A stretch of DNA of 64,000 nt from Solirubrobacteraceae bacterium (GTDB lineage: Bacteria; Actinomycetota; Thermoleophilia; Solirubrobacterales; Solirubrobacteraceae). Below the pieces are notes generated by a model. That model saw only the letters and a program-made list of their open reading frames with translations. It was not told the origin of the DNA and did no database searches. Each line of letters starts with the position of its first letter. Positions within the stretch are counted from its first letter, which is position 1. The DNA lies in the NCBI GenBank assembly GCA_034664905.1, contig JAXDGS010000015.1, positions 12,717 to 76,716 on the forward strand. Direction: 5' to 3'. The position numbers were made by a program, and so were the translations under genes. This document shows, piece by piece, positions 36,796 through 47,024 of the stretch.

Positions 36796-38258
36796 CGCCG
36801 CCAGGGTAGAGCGTCGATCAGCTCCGACGGGATCGCGCGCAGCCTCCACAACAAGCCGAAGTAGAGCGCGCTCGCGACCAGCACGGCTACGATCGCGTTG
36901 ATCTGAAGCAGCGCCGCGCCGGCGCCGAGGGCGAGCCCGATGGCGAGAACATAGCGTCCCAGGAAAGCCCGAACCGGCACGATCGCGCGACGATGCAGCA
37001 GCACGATGTAGGACGCCGCGAGCGAGACCTCCAAGGCCACCGTGGTGATCGCGGCTCCCCGAGCATGCAGCTCCGGGATCAGGATCGCGCTGAGCACCAC
37101 AGCGAGCGCGAGAGCGCCTGCATTGGCTAGTACGAGCTGGCGGTACATGCGCAGCGACAGGAGCACGAAGCCCCACGACGCGACCAGGTAGGTGGCGATC
37201 ACGCCCGCTCCCATGATGCGCAGGACCGCGACCGACGGGTTCCCCTTCGCGCCGGCGATGATCGCGATGCCGAGCTTTGCGCCGACGATGATGATCAGCG
37301 CGACCCAGCCCCCCGCGATCAGAGCTCCCTCGAAGACCCTGCCCGCCACATAGCGCAGGCGCGCGTGATCGCTCGCCGCCGCCACCGCCAGCACCGGCAG
37401 TACCGATCCGGCCAGCAGCCACGGGATCCCGTTGACGATTTCGACGATCCGGAACGCGATCGCGTAGTAGCCCGTCTGCGCGCCGGGGTCGAGCAGCGAC
37501 ATCGTGATCATCGCGACCTGGAAGTAGACGGCGCCGAGGGTGGCCGCCAGCGCGTATAGCGCGGTCTCGCGCGCCAGCGCGCGCCATCGGCTCGACTCGT
37601 ATGCGGCGCGCAGCGGCACCCCCTGGCGAACCAGTGCCGCGGTCACGAGCAGCGCCAGCCCCTGGACCACCACCACGACCAGGTAGAAGCCGGTCAGGCC
37701 GCTGCCGGCGATCACCAGCGCGACGAGCAGGACCGTCGTCGTGACGGATCTCAGAAGGTCGATCCCGGCGAGCGCGCTCAGGCGCAAAGTGCCCGAGAGC
37801 GCGACCGAGTAGGAGCCCTGGATCGCCGAGAGCAGGTATCCGCCCGCCCCCAGCGCGAGCCCGACGATCAGCACGTGCGGATAGCCGGCGATCACGCCGA
37901 AGCCGACCGCAGCGAGCGCCCCGACGCTGCCAAGCGCCAGGCGCATGCCCGTGAGGTTGGCGATCAGCGCGCGGCGCTCGCGATCCTCGCCGACGCTGAA
38001 CATGCGCACCGCCACGTTGGCAAGCCCACCCTCGGTGAACGCGGTGATGACGAAGATGACGCTTGAGACGGTGAGGTAGCGGCCATAGTTGGCCACGCCG
38101 AGGTGTCGCACCACGAGCGGCGCGCTGATCGCCCCGGTGAGCACCCCGGCCAGAGAGCCGGCGACACGCAGGCTGCCTCCGCGGATCACGCGGCCGCCGG
38201 CCTCGCCGACCGCGTAGGCGTCGTCGGCGAGCGCTGGCGTGCCCAGGGGGTCGTTCAT
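36792..38258 (-). CDS. Wzx/MOP-family oligosaccharide flippase
   Basis: About 14 TM; VRHLGVANYG, GYYAIAFRI, LIP...GAA. Confidence 0.88.
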   Translation of the reverse strand: MNDPLGTPALADDAYAVGEAGGRVIRGGSLRVAGSLAGVLTGAISAPLVVRHLGVANYGRYLTVSSVIFVITAFTEGGLANVAVRMFSVGEDRERRALIANLTGMRLALGSVGALAAVGFGVIAGYPHVLIVGLALGAGGYLLSAIQGSYSVALSGTLRLSALAGIDLLRSVTTTVLLVALVIAGSGLTGFYLVVVVVQGLALLVTAALVRQGVPLRAAYESSRWRALARETALYALAATLGAVYFQVAMITMSLLDPGAQTGYYAIAFRIVEIVNGIPWLLAGSVLPVLAVAAASDHARLRYVAGRVFEGALIAGGWVALIIIVGAKLGIAIIAGAKGNPSVAVLRIMGAGVIATYLVASWGFVLLSLRMYRQLVLANAGALALAVVLSAILIPELHARGAAITTVALEVSLAASYIVLLHRRAIVPVRAFLGRYVLAIGLALGAGAALLQINAIVAVLVASALYFGLLWRLRAIPSELIDALPWRR

Positions 38259-39274
38259 CACGGTGGAGCGTCCGCCGTGTGCTCGATGCCGCACGCAGCC
38301 AGCAGCTCGAGCGCGCGCGCGACCGTCGTGTTCGCGCGCGCCCATTCGAGCGCCCCGGCCTGCAGCGCGCGGTACTCCTCCTCTCCGAGACCGGCTACGC
38401 GCGCGAGCAGCTCCTCCACATCGCGGTAGGCGATGCAGTTGCTCTCATCGAGACCGAACGGCGCGCACGTCGCGGGCTTGCGCTCGAGCTCGCGAAAGCA
38501 CGGCACGGTGGCGCTCGCCGCGATCTCGTAGTGGCGCAGCGCGTCCCAGCCGGCCCGCTTGGTGGTCACGCCGAAGCGCGAGCGCGCAAGGTCCTCTCGG
38601 TAGTCGGACTCGCTGGTGAACGCATAGCTCGTCTGTCCGCCGACGCGCCGTGCGAGCTCGGGGTCCACGATGTGCGCAGGAAAGTCCTTGTCCTTGCTCG
38701 GCAGCGACGCGAGGATCTTCTCGGCCGGAATCGAGAACGAGATCGGGCGCAGGTGAAGTGTTCGCCCGATCGCCGGCGGCAGCATCAGGTAGGAGGCGAA
38801 CCAACGCGTGAGCGGCGTTATCTCGCGCTTGAAGTACAGCGCGCGGTTGTGCGCGCGCGGGAGAAACCACCAGCTGCGCACACGCCACCACAGGCCCGCA
38901 TACGGATAGGGCTCGACCCGGTCCGAGCCGTCGAGCACAGCGGTCGCCACGCCGGCCGCTCGCAGCTGCGGTCCCCATTCGCTCCACAGCCCGAACGTGC
39001 GCCAGATGTCGCCGAAGATCACCAGATCGAACTCGCCGTCGAGCGCGCGCGGCAGAAGGTGGTCGCGATCCACGGGAAGGTCGGGGAGGATCCCGTACAG
39101 CGTGAAGCCGCGGCCGCGGACGCGCCCGAGCACCCCCGGGCTCGCGCCCTCGTAGAGGAACTCGGCCTTCGGGAAGTCGACGACGTCGTCACCAAGCAGC
39201 GTACGCAGGCCGTGAAAGACGCCGTCGCCGAGATAGTCCTCGTGATTGGGGTTGACGAACAGGACGCGCGGCAC
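38258..39274 (-). CDS. Putative glycosyltransferase (GT-B-like hypothetical)
   Basis: DYL.DG.FHGLR, YFKRE, YREDLARSRFG, GWDALRHYEIAA (GT-B C-terminal-like). Confidence 0.65.
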   Translation of the reverse strand: MPRVLFVNPNHEDYLGDGVFHGLRTLLGDDVVDFPKAEFLYEGASPGVLGRVRGRGFTLYGILPDLPVDRDHLLPRALDGEFDLVIFGDIWRTFGLWSEWGPQLRAAGVATAVLDGSDRVEPYPYAGLWWRVRSWWFLPRAHNRALYFKREITPLTRWFASYLMLPPAIGRTLHLRPISFSIPAEKILASLPSKDKDFPAHIVDPELARRVGGQTSYAFTSESDYREDLARSRFGVTTKRAGWDALRHYEIAASATVPCFRELERKPATCAPFGLDESNCIAYRDVEELLARVAGLGEEEYRALQAGALEWARANTTVARALELLAACGIEHTADAPP

Positions 39275-39278
39275 GATC

Positions 39279-40043
39279 TCAGTCGCGGCGGCGATAGAGC
39301 AGGTCGTAATCGGAGAGCGCGTCGAGGAACTCGTAGCGCGCGGCGAGCGCCGCGTCGATCCCGGGCTGCTGCGCGGCGCGGTCGAGCGCCTCGATCAGCA
39401 GGTAGCGAGGGCTGTGGCGCTCGAGCTCGAGCCCGGAGAGGACATCGAGCTCGCGTCCCTCCACATCGAGCACCAGCAGATCGATATCCGCGACGCCTGC
39501 GTCGCCGAGCACCGAGGAGAGGGTGCGCGCGGGAACGTCGGTCGAGTATCCGCGGCGGCCCGCGACGGCAAGGCCGCCCGCCGCATGGCTTCCATCCGCG
39601 CCGACGGTGGACATCAGATCGCCGAACTGCACCTGCACCGAGTCCTGCGCGAAATCCGGACCGACGAGCGCGCAGCCGGCGACATATGCGCGCGGACGCC
39701 GTCGACGACAGAGCGCCGCGAGCTCCGGCACGGCCTCCACCAGCACGCCCGACCAACCGCGGTGGCGTTCGAGGTAGTAGGTGTTCGACTGCGTGTAGCC
39801 GTCGTGGGCGCCCGCCTCCACGAAGGTCCCACCCTGCCGGGGCACCAGCTCGGCCAGCGCGCGGTCCATGCCGAACAGCGCCGGGCGCGAGTACCGCTGC
39901 GAGCCGAGCGCCTCGAACAGCCGGCATCGGTACCAGGGGCCGCGAAGGTTGTAGAAGAGGCGACGAGCGCGACGCACCACCGTTGCGAGCGGGCTTGCCA
40001 TGGGCGAGAGTCTCCCAGACGCCCTCCCGGCCGAAGCGCTCAT
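39279..40043 (-). CDS. FkbM family methyltransferase
   Basis: FVEAGAHDG..QSNT, GWSGVLVE, IDLLVLDVEG.EL.VL.G. Alternative start at 40001. Confidence 0.92.
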   Translation of the reverse strand: MSASAGRASGRLSPMASPLATVVRRARRLFYNLRGPWYRCRLFEALGSQRYSRPALFGMDRALAELVPRQGGTFVEAGAHDGYTQSNTYYLERHRGWSGVLVEAVPELAALCRRRRPRAYVAGCALVGPDFAQDSVQVQFGDLMSTVGADGSHAAGGLAVAGRRGYSTDVPARTLSSVLGDAGVADIDLLVLDVEGRELDVLSGLELERHSPRYLLIEALDRAAQQPGIDAALAARYEFLDALSDYDLLYRRRD

Positions 40044-41125
40044 GCCGCCGCGCGCCGCAGGACCTCGAGGACGGTCTCGGCCGTATCTCCCCAGTCGAAT
40101 CGGCGCGCGCGCTCGCGCGCCGCACGGCCCAGCTCAGTGCGCCGCGCGGGTGAGCTGAGCACGCGCCGCAAGGCAGCGGCGATGCTCGCCGGATCGCGAG
40201 GGTCCGCGTACTCGACCGCGTCGCCTCCCACCTCCGGAAGCGATGACACGTTCGACGTCACGACCGCTGCGCCCGCGGCCATCGCCTCGAGCACGGGCAG
40301 GCCGAAGCCCTCATAGAGCGAGGGGTAGCAGAACACCGCACAGCGCCTGTAGAGCTCGGCGAGCACCGCATCGGAGACGCGCCCCATCAGCGTCGCGCGA
40401 TCGCCGAGCGAGCGCAGCTTCGCGATCGTCGCGTCCGCCTGCCAGCCGACGTCGCCCACGACGACGATCGGGTGCTCGCGCTGGAGATCATCGCCCAGCA
40501 GCTGATAGGCGGCGACCAGTCCTGGCAGGTTCTTGCGCGGCTCGAGCGTGCCGACCGCGAGCACGAACCCCGGCGGCGGCACATCGCCCGCGATCTCGCC
40601 GCCGGGCGGCGTCAGCAGCTGCGGCGCCACGCCGAGCTGCGCGACCGTGACACGTCCGGCGGCGGCCGGGAAGCGCGCCTGAAAGTCACTGGCGGTCGCG
40701 CCCGAGATCGCGATGAACGAGCGTGAGCGCCGAACCGTGAGCCCGAGGGTGAGCCGCTCGATCACCGCCGAGCGGCGGTTCGGCCGGTGAGCGCGATCGA
40801 AGGCGACCATGTCGTAGATCACCGTGACCGCGGGGATGCGCAGCATCCACGGCGTGAGATAGGAGTTGGAGGAGAGGAACACGTCGCACTCGCCGTTCGC
40901 GGCGTGCGCGGCGTGCAGATGCCAGCGGGGATCCGGCGCATCGATCAGGCGCCACTCGAAGCGCTCATCGAGCTGCTGCTCGGAGCGGCTGCGCGCGTAG
41001 CAGACGTAGCGCACGTCATCGGCGCGAGCGGACAGCGCGAGCAGTATCTCGCGCACGAACCGCCCTCGCCCGGCGGACACCTCGGCTGCGGCGCGCGCAT
41101 CGATGCCGATCCTCAGAGGTTTCAG
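40040..41125 (-). CDS. GT4 glycosyltransferase (probable CTG start; TTG 41149 is an alternative)
   Basis: RIGIDAR, VGTLEPRKNL, PSLYEGFGLPVLEAMA, SSLPEV. Confidence 0.92.
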   Translation of the reverse strand: MKPLRIGIDARAAAEVSAGRGRFVREILLALSARADDVRYVCYARSRSEQQLDERFEWRLIDAPDPRWHLHAAHAANGECDVFLSSNSYLTPWMLRIPAVTVIYDMVAFDRAHRPNRRSAVIERLTLGLTVRRSRSFIAISGATASDFQARFPAAAGRVTVAQLGVAPQLLTPPGGEIAGDVPPPGFVLAVGTLEPRKNLPGLVAAYQLLGDDLQREHPIVVVGDVGWQADATIAKLRSLGDRATLMGRVSDAVLAELYRRCAVFCYPSLYEGFGLPVLEAMAAGAAVVTSNVSSLPEVGGDAVEYADPRDPASIAAALRRVLSSPARRTELGRAARERARRFDWGDTAETVLEVLRRAAA

Positions 41126-41166
41126 GGCGCGAAGGCTAGCGGGCGCCAACTAGGCTGCGAGGCCTG
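41123..41166. promoter_or_regulatory. Back-to-back -10 elements, each 7 nt before an in-frame CTG
   Basis: Plus strand: TAGGCT 41151-41156 then CTG 41164. Minus strand: TAGCCT 41138-41133 then CTG 41125. Confidence 0.6.
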
Positions 41167-42297
41167 CACGTCGGCCTCAACCTGCTCTTCCTCGTGCCCG
41201 GTGAGACCGGCGGGATGGAGGTCGCCGCGCGCGAGCTGATCCCGGCGCTGCTCGCTGCCGCCCCTTCGGGGACCCGCTTCACGGCGTTTGTCAATCGCGA
41301 GGCTGCGGGCAGCGGGGACGAGTTCTGGGGCGAGCGGCTGCCGGTTGTGCGCGTGCCGGTGCACGCGCGCAGCCGCTTGCAGTGGGTGCTCGGGGAGCAG
41401 ACGCTGTTACCGCGGCTGGCCGCACGCGCAGGGGTTGACCTCGTTCACAGCCTGGCGAGCACCGCTCCGCTGTGGGGCCCGTTCCGCCGGGTCGTGACGA
41501 TCCACGATCTGATCTATGCCCGCTTCCCGGATGCGCATTCCGGACTTCGCGAGAAGGGCATGAAGGTCCTGGTCCCGGCGGCGGCGCGGCGCTCGGACCG
41601 CGTGATTGCCGATTCGCTGAGCACGCGCGATGACCTCGTTGCGCTGCTCGGCCTGAGCGCCGAGCGCATCGATGTGGTGCCGCTCGGCGTTGGCAGCGCC
41701 AGGCGCGTGGATCCGCTGGGAGAGCAACAGACGCGCGCGCGCCTTGGATTGGCCGACCGGCGCGTCCTTCTGAGCCTGTCGGCCAAGCGTCCGCACAAGA
41801 ACCTCGCAGCGCTGATCGGCGCCCTTTCCCGGGTCCCGCCCGATCGTCGCCCGATGCTCGTGCTCCCCGGCTATCCGACCTGGCACGAGGCTGAGCTGCG
41901 CGAGCGCGCTCGGGCCGCGAACGTCACGGATGACGTGCGGTTTCTCGGCTGGCTGGCGGAGGAGGAGATCGAGGGGTTGTGGGCGCTCGCGGATGCGTTC
42001 GTATTCCCGTCGCTATACGAGGGATTCGGCCTGCCGGTGCTCGAGGCGATGGCGCGCGGGGTTCCGGTCGCTTGCTCGAACGCGTCCTGCCTACCGGAAG
42101 TCGCAGGCGAAGCGGCCCTGCTGTTCGACCCCAGTGACGAGCACGCGATCGCGGCCGCGATCGAGCGCTTGCTCGACGACCACGCGGAGGCGGAGCGCCT
42201 GGGCGCGGCCGGTCGCGCGCGAGCGCGAACGTTCACGTGGGAGCGTACCGCCGAGCTGACGCTTGCCAGCTACGAGCGGGCGCTCGGGCGCGTGTAG
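41164..42297 (+). CDS. GT4 glycosyltransferase (probable CTG start)
   Basis: (L)HVGLNLLFLVPGETGGME, TIHDL, HKNL, PSLYEGFGLPVLEAMA; in-frame TAG at 41137. Confidence 0.92.
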   Translation: MHVGLNLLFLVPGETGGMEVAARELIPALLAAAPSGTRFTAFVNREAAGSGDEFWGERLPVVRVPVHARSRLQWVLGEQTLLPRLAARAGVDLVHSLASTAPLWGPFRRVVTIHDLIYARFPDAHSGLREKGMKVLVPAAARRSDRVIADSLSTRDDLVALLGLSAERIDVVPLGVGSARRVDPLGEQQTRARLGLADRRVLLSLSAKRPHKNLAALIGALSRVPPDRRPMLVLPGYPTWHEAELRERARAANVTDDVRFLGWLAEEEIEGLWALADAFVFPSLYEGFGLPVLEAMARGVPVACSNASCLPEVAGEAALLFDPSDEHAIAAAIERLLDDHAEAERLGAAGRARARTFTWERTAELTLASYERALGRV

Positions 42298-43430
42298 CTC
42301 TTAAGGACGACGCGCAGCGATGACTCCAGCGAGAGGGCTCGCGCGTTTTGCGCGAACCACGACGCGGTGCTCTCGCGCAGGGCGACCCCGGCCTCGTTGA
42401 CGCGGACGATCGCCTCGCCGATCGCGTGCGCGTCGGCAGTGGCTGCGATGAAGCCGTTGACGCCCTCGACGATCAGCTCGGTAGCTGCGTTGTCCTCGCC
42501 GGCAACGACCACGCTCGGAGTGCCCCGCGCAGCGGCCTCGACGACGACCATCCCGTAGCCCTCCCGGCGGGAGGGAACGAGCATGCAGAGCGCCCGGCGC
42601 ATCTCCGCGTCGAGCGTGTCGGCATCAGCGAACCCGGGCGCCGTGACGCTGGCGCCGAGGCCGAGTTCGGCGATCGCGCCGTCAAGCGCCGCGCGCTCAG
42701 GGCCGTCACCGAGAAACTGGCCCCGCAACCCGGCGATGCTCCGCTGGGCAACGGCGATCGCTGCGACACCCAGCGGCGCCTGCTTCTCCGGGATCAGCCG
42801 TCCGGCGAACAGCACGAGCGGGTCCGCCGGGCGCGGCACGGGCGGCTCGAGCTCCCCGTCATACATCCCGCGCAGCACCGTCACCTCGCCGCGCATGCCC
42901 TCCTCGCGTAGGCGCGCGGCGTGAAGCTCCGAGAAGCAGAAGGCCTTTTGGGGCGCGCGCACGCACAGCCTCTGCACCAGCGCGCCGAGGAGCCCTCCGG
43001 CGCCGCCGAGGTACTCGCGCCAATAAGACCGGCTCCAGACCTCGAACCAGTCGACGACGAGCTCGAAGCGCGCGAGCGGCCTGAGCAGGGCGGCGGCGAG
43101 CAGGGCGAAGTATGGAAAGGAGGCCGTGTGGACGACGTCATAGCGACGTCCATTGCGCAGCAAATGCATGAACACGCCCAGCCCGAAAACCAGTGGCGGC
43201 AGGATCCGGCGCCGTCCGCTCGCGGTGTACAGCTTCATGCGCGGGCCCGCGGTAACGACCCGGATGCGCTCGTGCAGGTCGGGCTGCTCACGGCGATGCC
43301 ATTGACGCAGCGTGACGTAGGTGACCTCGCGTCCTTCCGTGGCCAGGCGCTCGGCGAGGTTGCGATACCAGCGCTCGGCGCCCCCGACGGTGTAGGGGAA
43401 CAGGCAGTCGTAGACGATGCATACACGCAT
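42270..43430 (-). CDS. GT4 glycosyltransferase
   Basis: YDCLFP..GGAE, FAGRLIPEK, GDGPE, PSRREGYGMVVVEAAA. Confidence 0.92.
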   Translation of the reverse strand: MRVCIVYDCLFPYTVGGAERWYRNLAERLATEGREVTYVTLRQWHRREQPDLHERIRVVTAGPRMKLYTASGRRRILPPLVFGLGVFMHLLRNGRRYDVVHTASFPYFALLAAALLRPLARFELVVDWFEVWSRSYWREYLGGAGGLLGALVQRLCVRAPQKAFCFSELHAARLREEGMRGEVTVLRGMYDGELEPPVPRPADPLVLFAGRLIPEKQAPLGVAAIAVAQRSIAGLRGQFLGDGPERAALDGAIAELGLGASVTAPGFADADTLDAEMRRALCMLVPSRREGYGMVVVEAAARGTPSVVVAGEDNAATELIVEGVNGFIAATADAHAIGEAIVRVNEAGVALRESTASWFAQNARALSLESSLRVVLKSYTRPSARS

Positions 43431-43550
43431 GTCGCTAGCATCTCATCTGCGGAAGCGCGGACTCGCTCGCGCCACTTTCCGCCCACCGGAGCGTTATAAC
43501 CGCATAGCTCGCCCCCGCCAGATGGACCTTCGCGCGCGAGCCCCCAGCCG

Positions 43551-44732
43551 ATGAGCACACTCGCACCGATAAGCCCTCCTCGCACAGCCGATGAAGGCGG
43601 CTCGGATCTGCCGCTGGTCTCGGTGGTTATCCCGTGCCTGAACGAGGCAGCGAACATCGCGGCGTGCGTGACGGCGGCGCGCGAGGCGATCGCGCGCATG
43701 GGCGTGCAGGGCGAGGTCGTCGTCGCGGACAACGACTCCGAGGATGACTCCGCGCGCCTCGCCGAGGACGCAGGCGCACGCGTCGTGATCGAGCGCCGCC
43801 GCGGCTACGGCAGCGCCTACCTCGCCGGCTTCGCGGCCTCACGGGGGCGCTACATCGTGATGGCCGACGCCGATCTCACATACGACTTCAACGAGATTCC
43901 GCGGTTCGTTGCTGCGCTCGAGGATGGGGCGGAGATGGTGATCGGCGATCGCATGGACAACATCCACCCCGGCGCGATGCCATGGCTTCACCGCTACGTC
44001 GGCAATCCGATCCTCACGGGGGTGCTCAACCTCTTCTTCCGCACCGGCATCAGCGACGCGCACTGCGGCATGCGCGCGCTGCGTCGCGAGGTGCTTCCGC
44101 GCCTGGACCTGCGCACGACCGGCATGGAGTTCGCCTCTGAGATGGTGATCAGGGCCTCCAAGGTGAAGCTGAAGATCGCCGAGTTCCCGATCGAGTACCA
44201 CCCTCGCGGGGGAGAGAGCAAGCTCTCGAGCTTCCGCGACGGCTGGCGCCACCTGCGCTTCCTACTCGTCCACAGCCCCAACCACCTGTTCATCACTCCC
44301 GGCGCGGTGCTCGCGGGTGTCGGCACGCTGATCGTCGCGTTCGTCGGGAGCGGGATGGACTTCTTCGGGCGAGCGTGGGGCCTGCACGCGCTGATCGGCG
44401 GATCGCTGCTGATGATCGTCGGCACACAGGTGCTCGCGCTCGGCCTGTGCGCGCACGCGTACGGCACGTATTTCATGGGCGAGCGCGACCCCTGGTTCGA
44501 CCGCATGCGCGCGCGCTTTCGCCTCGAGCACGGGCTGCTGCTGGGCGGCGTGTTCGTGCTCGTTGGCCTCATCATCGGAGGGGTGATCGCGGCGACCTGG
44601 ATCGCCCACGGCCTCGGCTCGCTCTCCGATGAACGCGCGGCGGTCGTTGCCGCGTCGCTGTTGATCGTCGGGATCCAGATCTTCTTCTCCTCGTTCCTGC
44701 TCTCGATCCTGGGCCTGCGGCGCAGGTCCTGA
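43551..44732 (+). CDS. GT2 polyprenol-phosphate glycosyltransferase (DPM1-like) with C-terminal TMs
   Basis: VVIPCLNE, DNDSED, GYG, MADADLTY, DAHCG.R, EFASE, RDG.RHL, then 4 TM. Confidence 0.92.
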   Translation: MSTLAPISPPRTADEGGSDLPLVSVVIPCLNEAANIAACVTAAREAIARMGVQGEVVVADNDSEDDSARLAEDAGARVVIERRRGYGSAYLAGFAASRGRYIVMADADLTYDFNEIPRFVAALEDGAEMVIGDRMDNIHPGAMPWLHRYVGNPILTGVLNLFFRTGISDAHCGMRALRREVLPRLDLRTTGMEFASEMVIRASKVKLKIAEFPIEYHPRGGESKLSSFRDGWRHLRFLLVHSPNHLFITPGAVLAGVGTLIVAFVGSGMDFFGRAWGLHALIGGSLLMIVGTQVLALGLCAHAYGTYFMGERDPWFDRMRARFRLEHGLLLGGVFVLVGLIIGGVIAATWIAHGLGSLSDERAAVVAASLLIVGIQIFFSSFLLSILGLRRRS

Positions 44733-44770
44733 TCTGATCGCCGGCGCCCTGCTCGCGGCGCGGCGCGGGC

Positions 44771-45496
44771 TCAGCTCGAGAGCGCTTGGTCTTCGCGCAG
44801 CGCGATGTAGAGGGCGCCGAGCACGCACAGAGGCACGCCCAGCGCGCCCAGCAGTGCGATCACCCAGATCAGCCACACCGGTATCAGGTGGTCGGTGAGG
44901 TTCGAGGCATGGCCGAAGACGGTGCCGAGGCTCCCGAGCAGCGACCGCGGCCGGCCTTCGAGGAACGTGAGCGCGATGTCACCCACCACCGACGTGCCCG
45001 CGACGGTCGTCCCGGAGCGTGAGATCGACCGCGCTTCGACGCTGCCTGCGAGGACGGCCGGTGTGTTCCCGCGGTCGATGAAGCACGCTTCGGCCAGCAG
45101 CGAGCGCGGCGGCGGTGTGACCGGCACCGAGACGACCCCGCCCGGATATCCGCCGGCCAGGTGGCCGACGCTCCGATAGCCGGGGGCGCTGAGCACGAGA
45201 TCGACCGCGGGACCGCCGCGCCGGCTGGGCTTGGCGAGGCTGACCTCGAACTGCGCCGAGCGGCTGCTCGGTTCGACGGCAACGGACGTCATGCATGCCT
45301 GCTGGCCGGGTGGGACGGCGAACTGGCTCCTCGCGTTGAGCGCATTCGGCGCCGGGACCTGGGAGGCGAAGGTCTGTTTGCGGGTCAGGAACGGGCCATA
45401 GAAGATCAGCGCTCCGACGATCATCACGAGCAGCGCGAGCGCCGCTGCGAGCAGCGCGAACTCGGGCCTGCGCGCGCCACGCGCTCGCCTACGCAT
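44771..45496 (-). CDS. Membrane-anchored hypothetical protein (TM - beta-rich domain - TM)
   Basis: Overlaps the stop of the upstream GT-C gene; N- and C-terminal hydrophobic helices; one Cys pair in the soluble part. Confidence 0.7.
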   Translation of the reverse strand: MRRRARGARRPEFALLAAALALLVMIVGALIFYGPFLTRKQTFASQVPAPNALNARSQFAVPPGQQACMTSVAVEPSSRSAQFEVSLAKPSRRGGPAVDLVLSAPGYRSVGHLAGGYPGGVVSVPVTPPPRSLLAEACFIDRGNTPAVLAGSVEARSISRSGTTVAGTSVVGDIALTFLEGRPRSLLGSLGTVFGHASNLTDHLIPVWLIWVIALLGALGVPLCVLGALYIALREDQALSS

Positions 45497-47003
45497 AGAA
45501 CCTCGCCGCCGTGATCCCGATGCCCGCCAGCGACAGAAGCACTCCCAGCGCGAGGATCGCGGCGCCGAGCAGCGGACCGAGGCGGCGTGGAAGCGCACCT
45601 GCGGTGAACGCGATCGCCAGCCCGAACAGCGAGACCATCGGCAGCAGGTAGCGCCCGACGATCAGAGGGTCAGATCCGCCGTTGCCAAGCAGGGACCGGT
45701 AGGAGACGTAGTGCAGGAAAAAGACGTTGCTCGCCAGCAGCGCCAGCAGCACGACCACGACCGGCCACGCGCTCCACAGCCGGCGCCAGCGAGTCACGAC
45801 AGCCGTAAACAGGCCCACCAGCCCGAGGGCCGAGAGAACCTGCAGCAGGTCGTAGGTGCGCGCCTTGAACGTCACCTCGAGTGAGCCGAAGGTTCCGTAG
45901 AAGCTGTCGATGAAGACCTGTTTGTATCCGTAGGCCGGCCCGATCCGCGCACGCATCGACGTCAGCCGCGGAAGGTAGAACTGATAGATCGATGACAGGA
46001 AGCCGCGCAGGCTGAAGCTCGTTCCCGAGTTGAGCTGGCTGATCTGACCGCCGTAGAGCGAGCCGCCCGAACGTCCGAAGGCGAGGTATGCCAGGAAGGC
46101 GCCGCCGACCGTCGCCAATGCGGCGGCGCCGCGCTTGAGGGTGTCCCTGAGCGCCGGGCGATAGCTGTACCAGCACGCGGCGAGCGTGACGGCCAGCACG
46201 GGCAGCGTGACCAGGCCGCGGCCGTGGGTGAGGATCGCAGCGGCGCTCAGCGCGCTCGCGGTCAGGACCCTGCCCATCGACGGCCCGCGCGTCACGAGTC
46301 GCAGCGAAGCCAGCAGGACCGCGGTGGTGAGCGCGACCAGCAGGTTGTCGGCGTTGATCACCGCGCTCATGAACGCGAGCTGCGGCTGGAGCGCGACGGC
46401 GCCGGCGGCGAGCAGCGCCTTCCAGCGAACGCGCCCGAAGAGCTCGCGTGCGATCAGCCACGTCATCGCGATCGTCGCGAGGTAGCACAGCGCGTTGAAG
46501 AGCCGTAGCACGAACAGCCGCTTGAGCAGGGGCAGCCAGGTCAGCAGCCGGTAGGGGACCGACATCGCCGCGTAGTAGAGAGGGGGGTTCTTGGCGATCG
46601 GGTTCGGGCCGGCTCCGTTTTCGCGGCCGGCCTGCGTGTACGTGCGTTCGACAGCGCGCCACGCGTTGAGGTCGGCCTGGCCCCAGGCGGGCCGGGCGTA
46701 CAGGTCCCCCTGCAGCGAGATCACGTTGAGCGTGACCAGCGCGCCCTCCTCCTCGCTCGAGTAGGCCGTTCCCCCGGTGCTTGCGCTCGGCAGTTCACCG
46801 GTCTCGGCGAGGTGCTGGACGTAGGCGAAATGCGTGGCTTCGTCCGGCCCCTGGAACGGGGGGAGCGCGAGATTCCACGCGATCGACTGGATCGCGCCCA
46901 CGAGCAGCAGCAGAACGAGCGGGCGCGGCGTGCTCCTGATGCGCGCGAGTGTCCGTCGTCGTCTGGAGGGCGCCGTGGACACGCCGGCGAATGATAGGCG
47001 CAA
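45489..47003 (-). CDS. GT-C membrane glycosyltransferase (DUF2142/ArnT-like)
   Basis: PPFQGPDEATH, NPPLYY, RLF, INAD, GRYLLP; multi-TM. Confidence 0.82.
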   Translation of the reverse strand: MRLSFAGVSTAPSRRRRTLARIRSTPRPLVLLLLVGAIQSIAWNLALPPFQGPDEATHFAYVQHLAETGELPSASTGGTAYSSEEEGALVTLNVISLQGDLYARPAWGQADLNAWRAVERTYTQAGRENGAGPNPIAKNPPLYYAAMSVPYRLLTWLPLLKRLFVLRLFNALCYLATIAMTWLIARELFGRVRWKALLAAGAVALQPQLAFMSAVINADNLLVALTTAVLLASLRLVTRGPSMGRVLTASALSAAAILTHGRGLVTLPVLAVTLAACWYSYRPALRDTLKRGAAALATVGGAFLAYLAFGRSGGSLYGGQISQLNSGTSFSLRGFLSSIYQFYLPRLTSMRARIGPAYGYKQVFIDSFYGTFGSLEVTFKARTYDLLQVLSALGLVGLFTAVVTRWRRLWSAWPVVVVLLALLASNVFFLHYVSYRSLLGNGGSDPLIVGRYLLPMVSLFGLAIAFTAGALPRRLGPLLGAAILALGVLLSLAGIGITAARFYA

Positions 47004-47024
47004 GCCTTCTCGCCGCTTCGCGCG

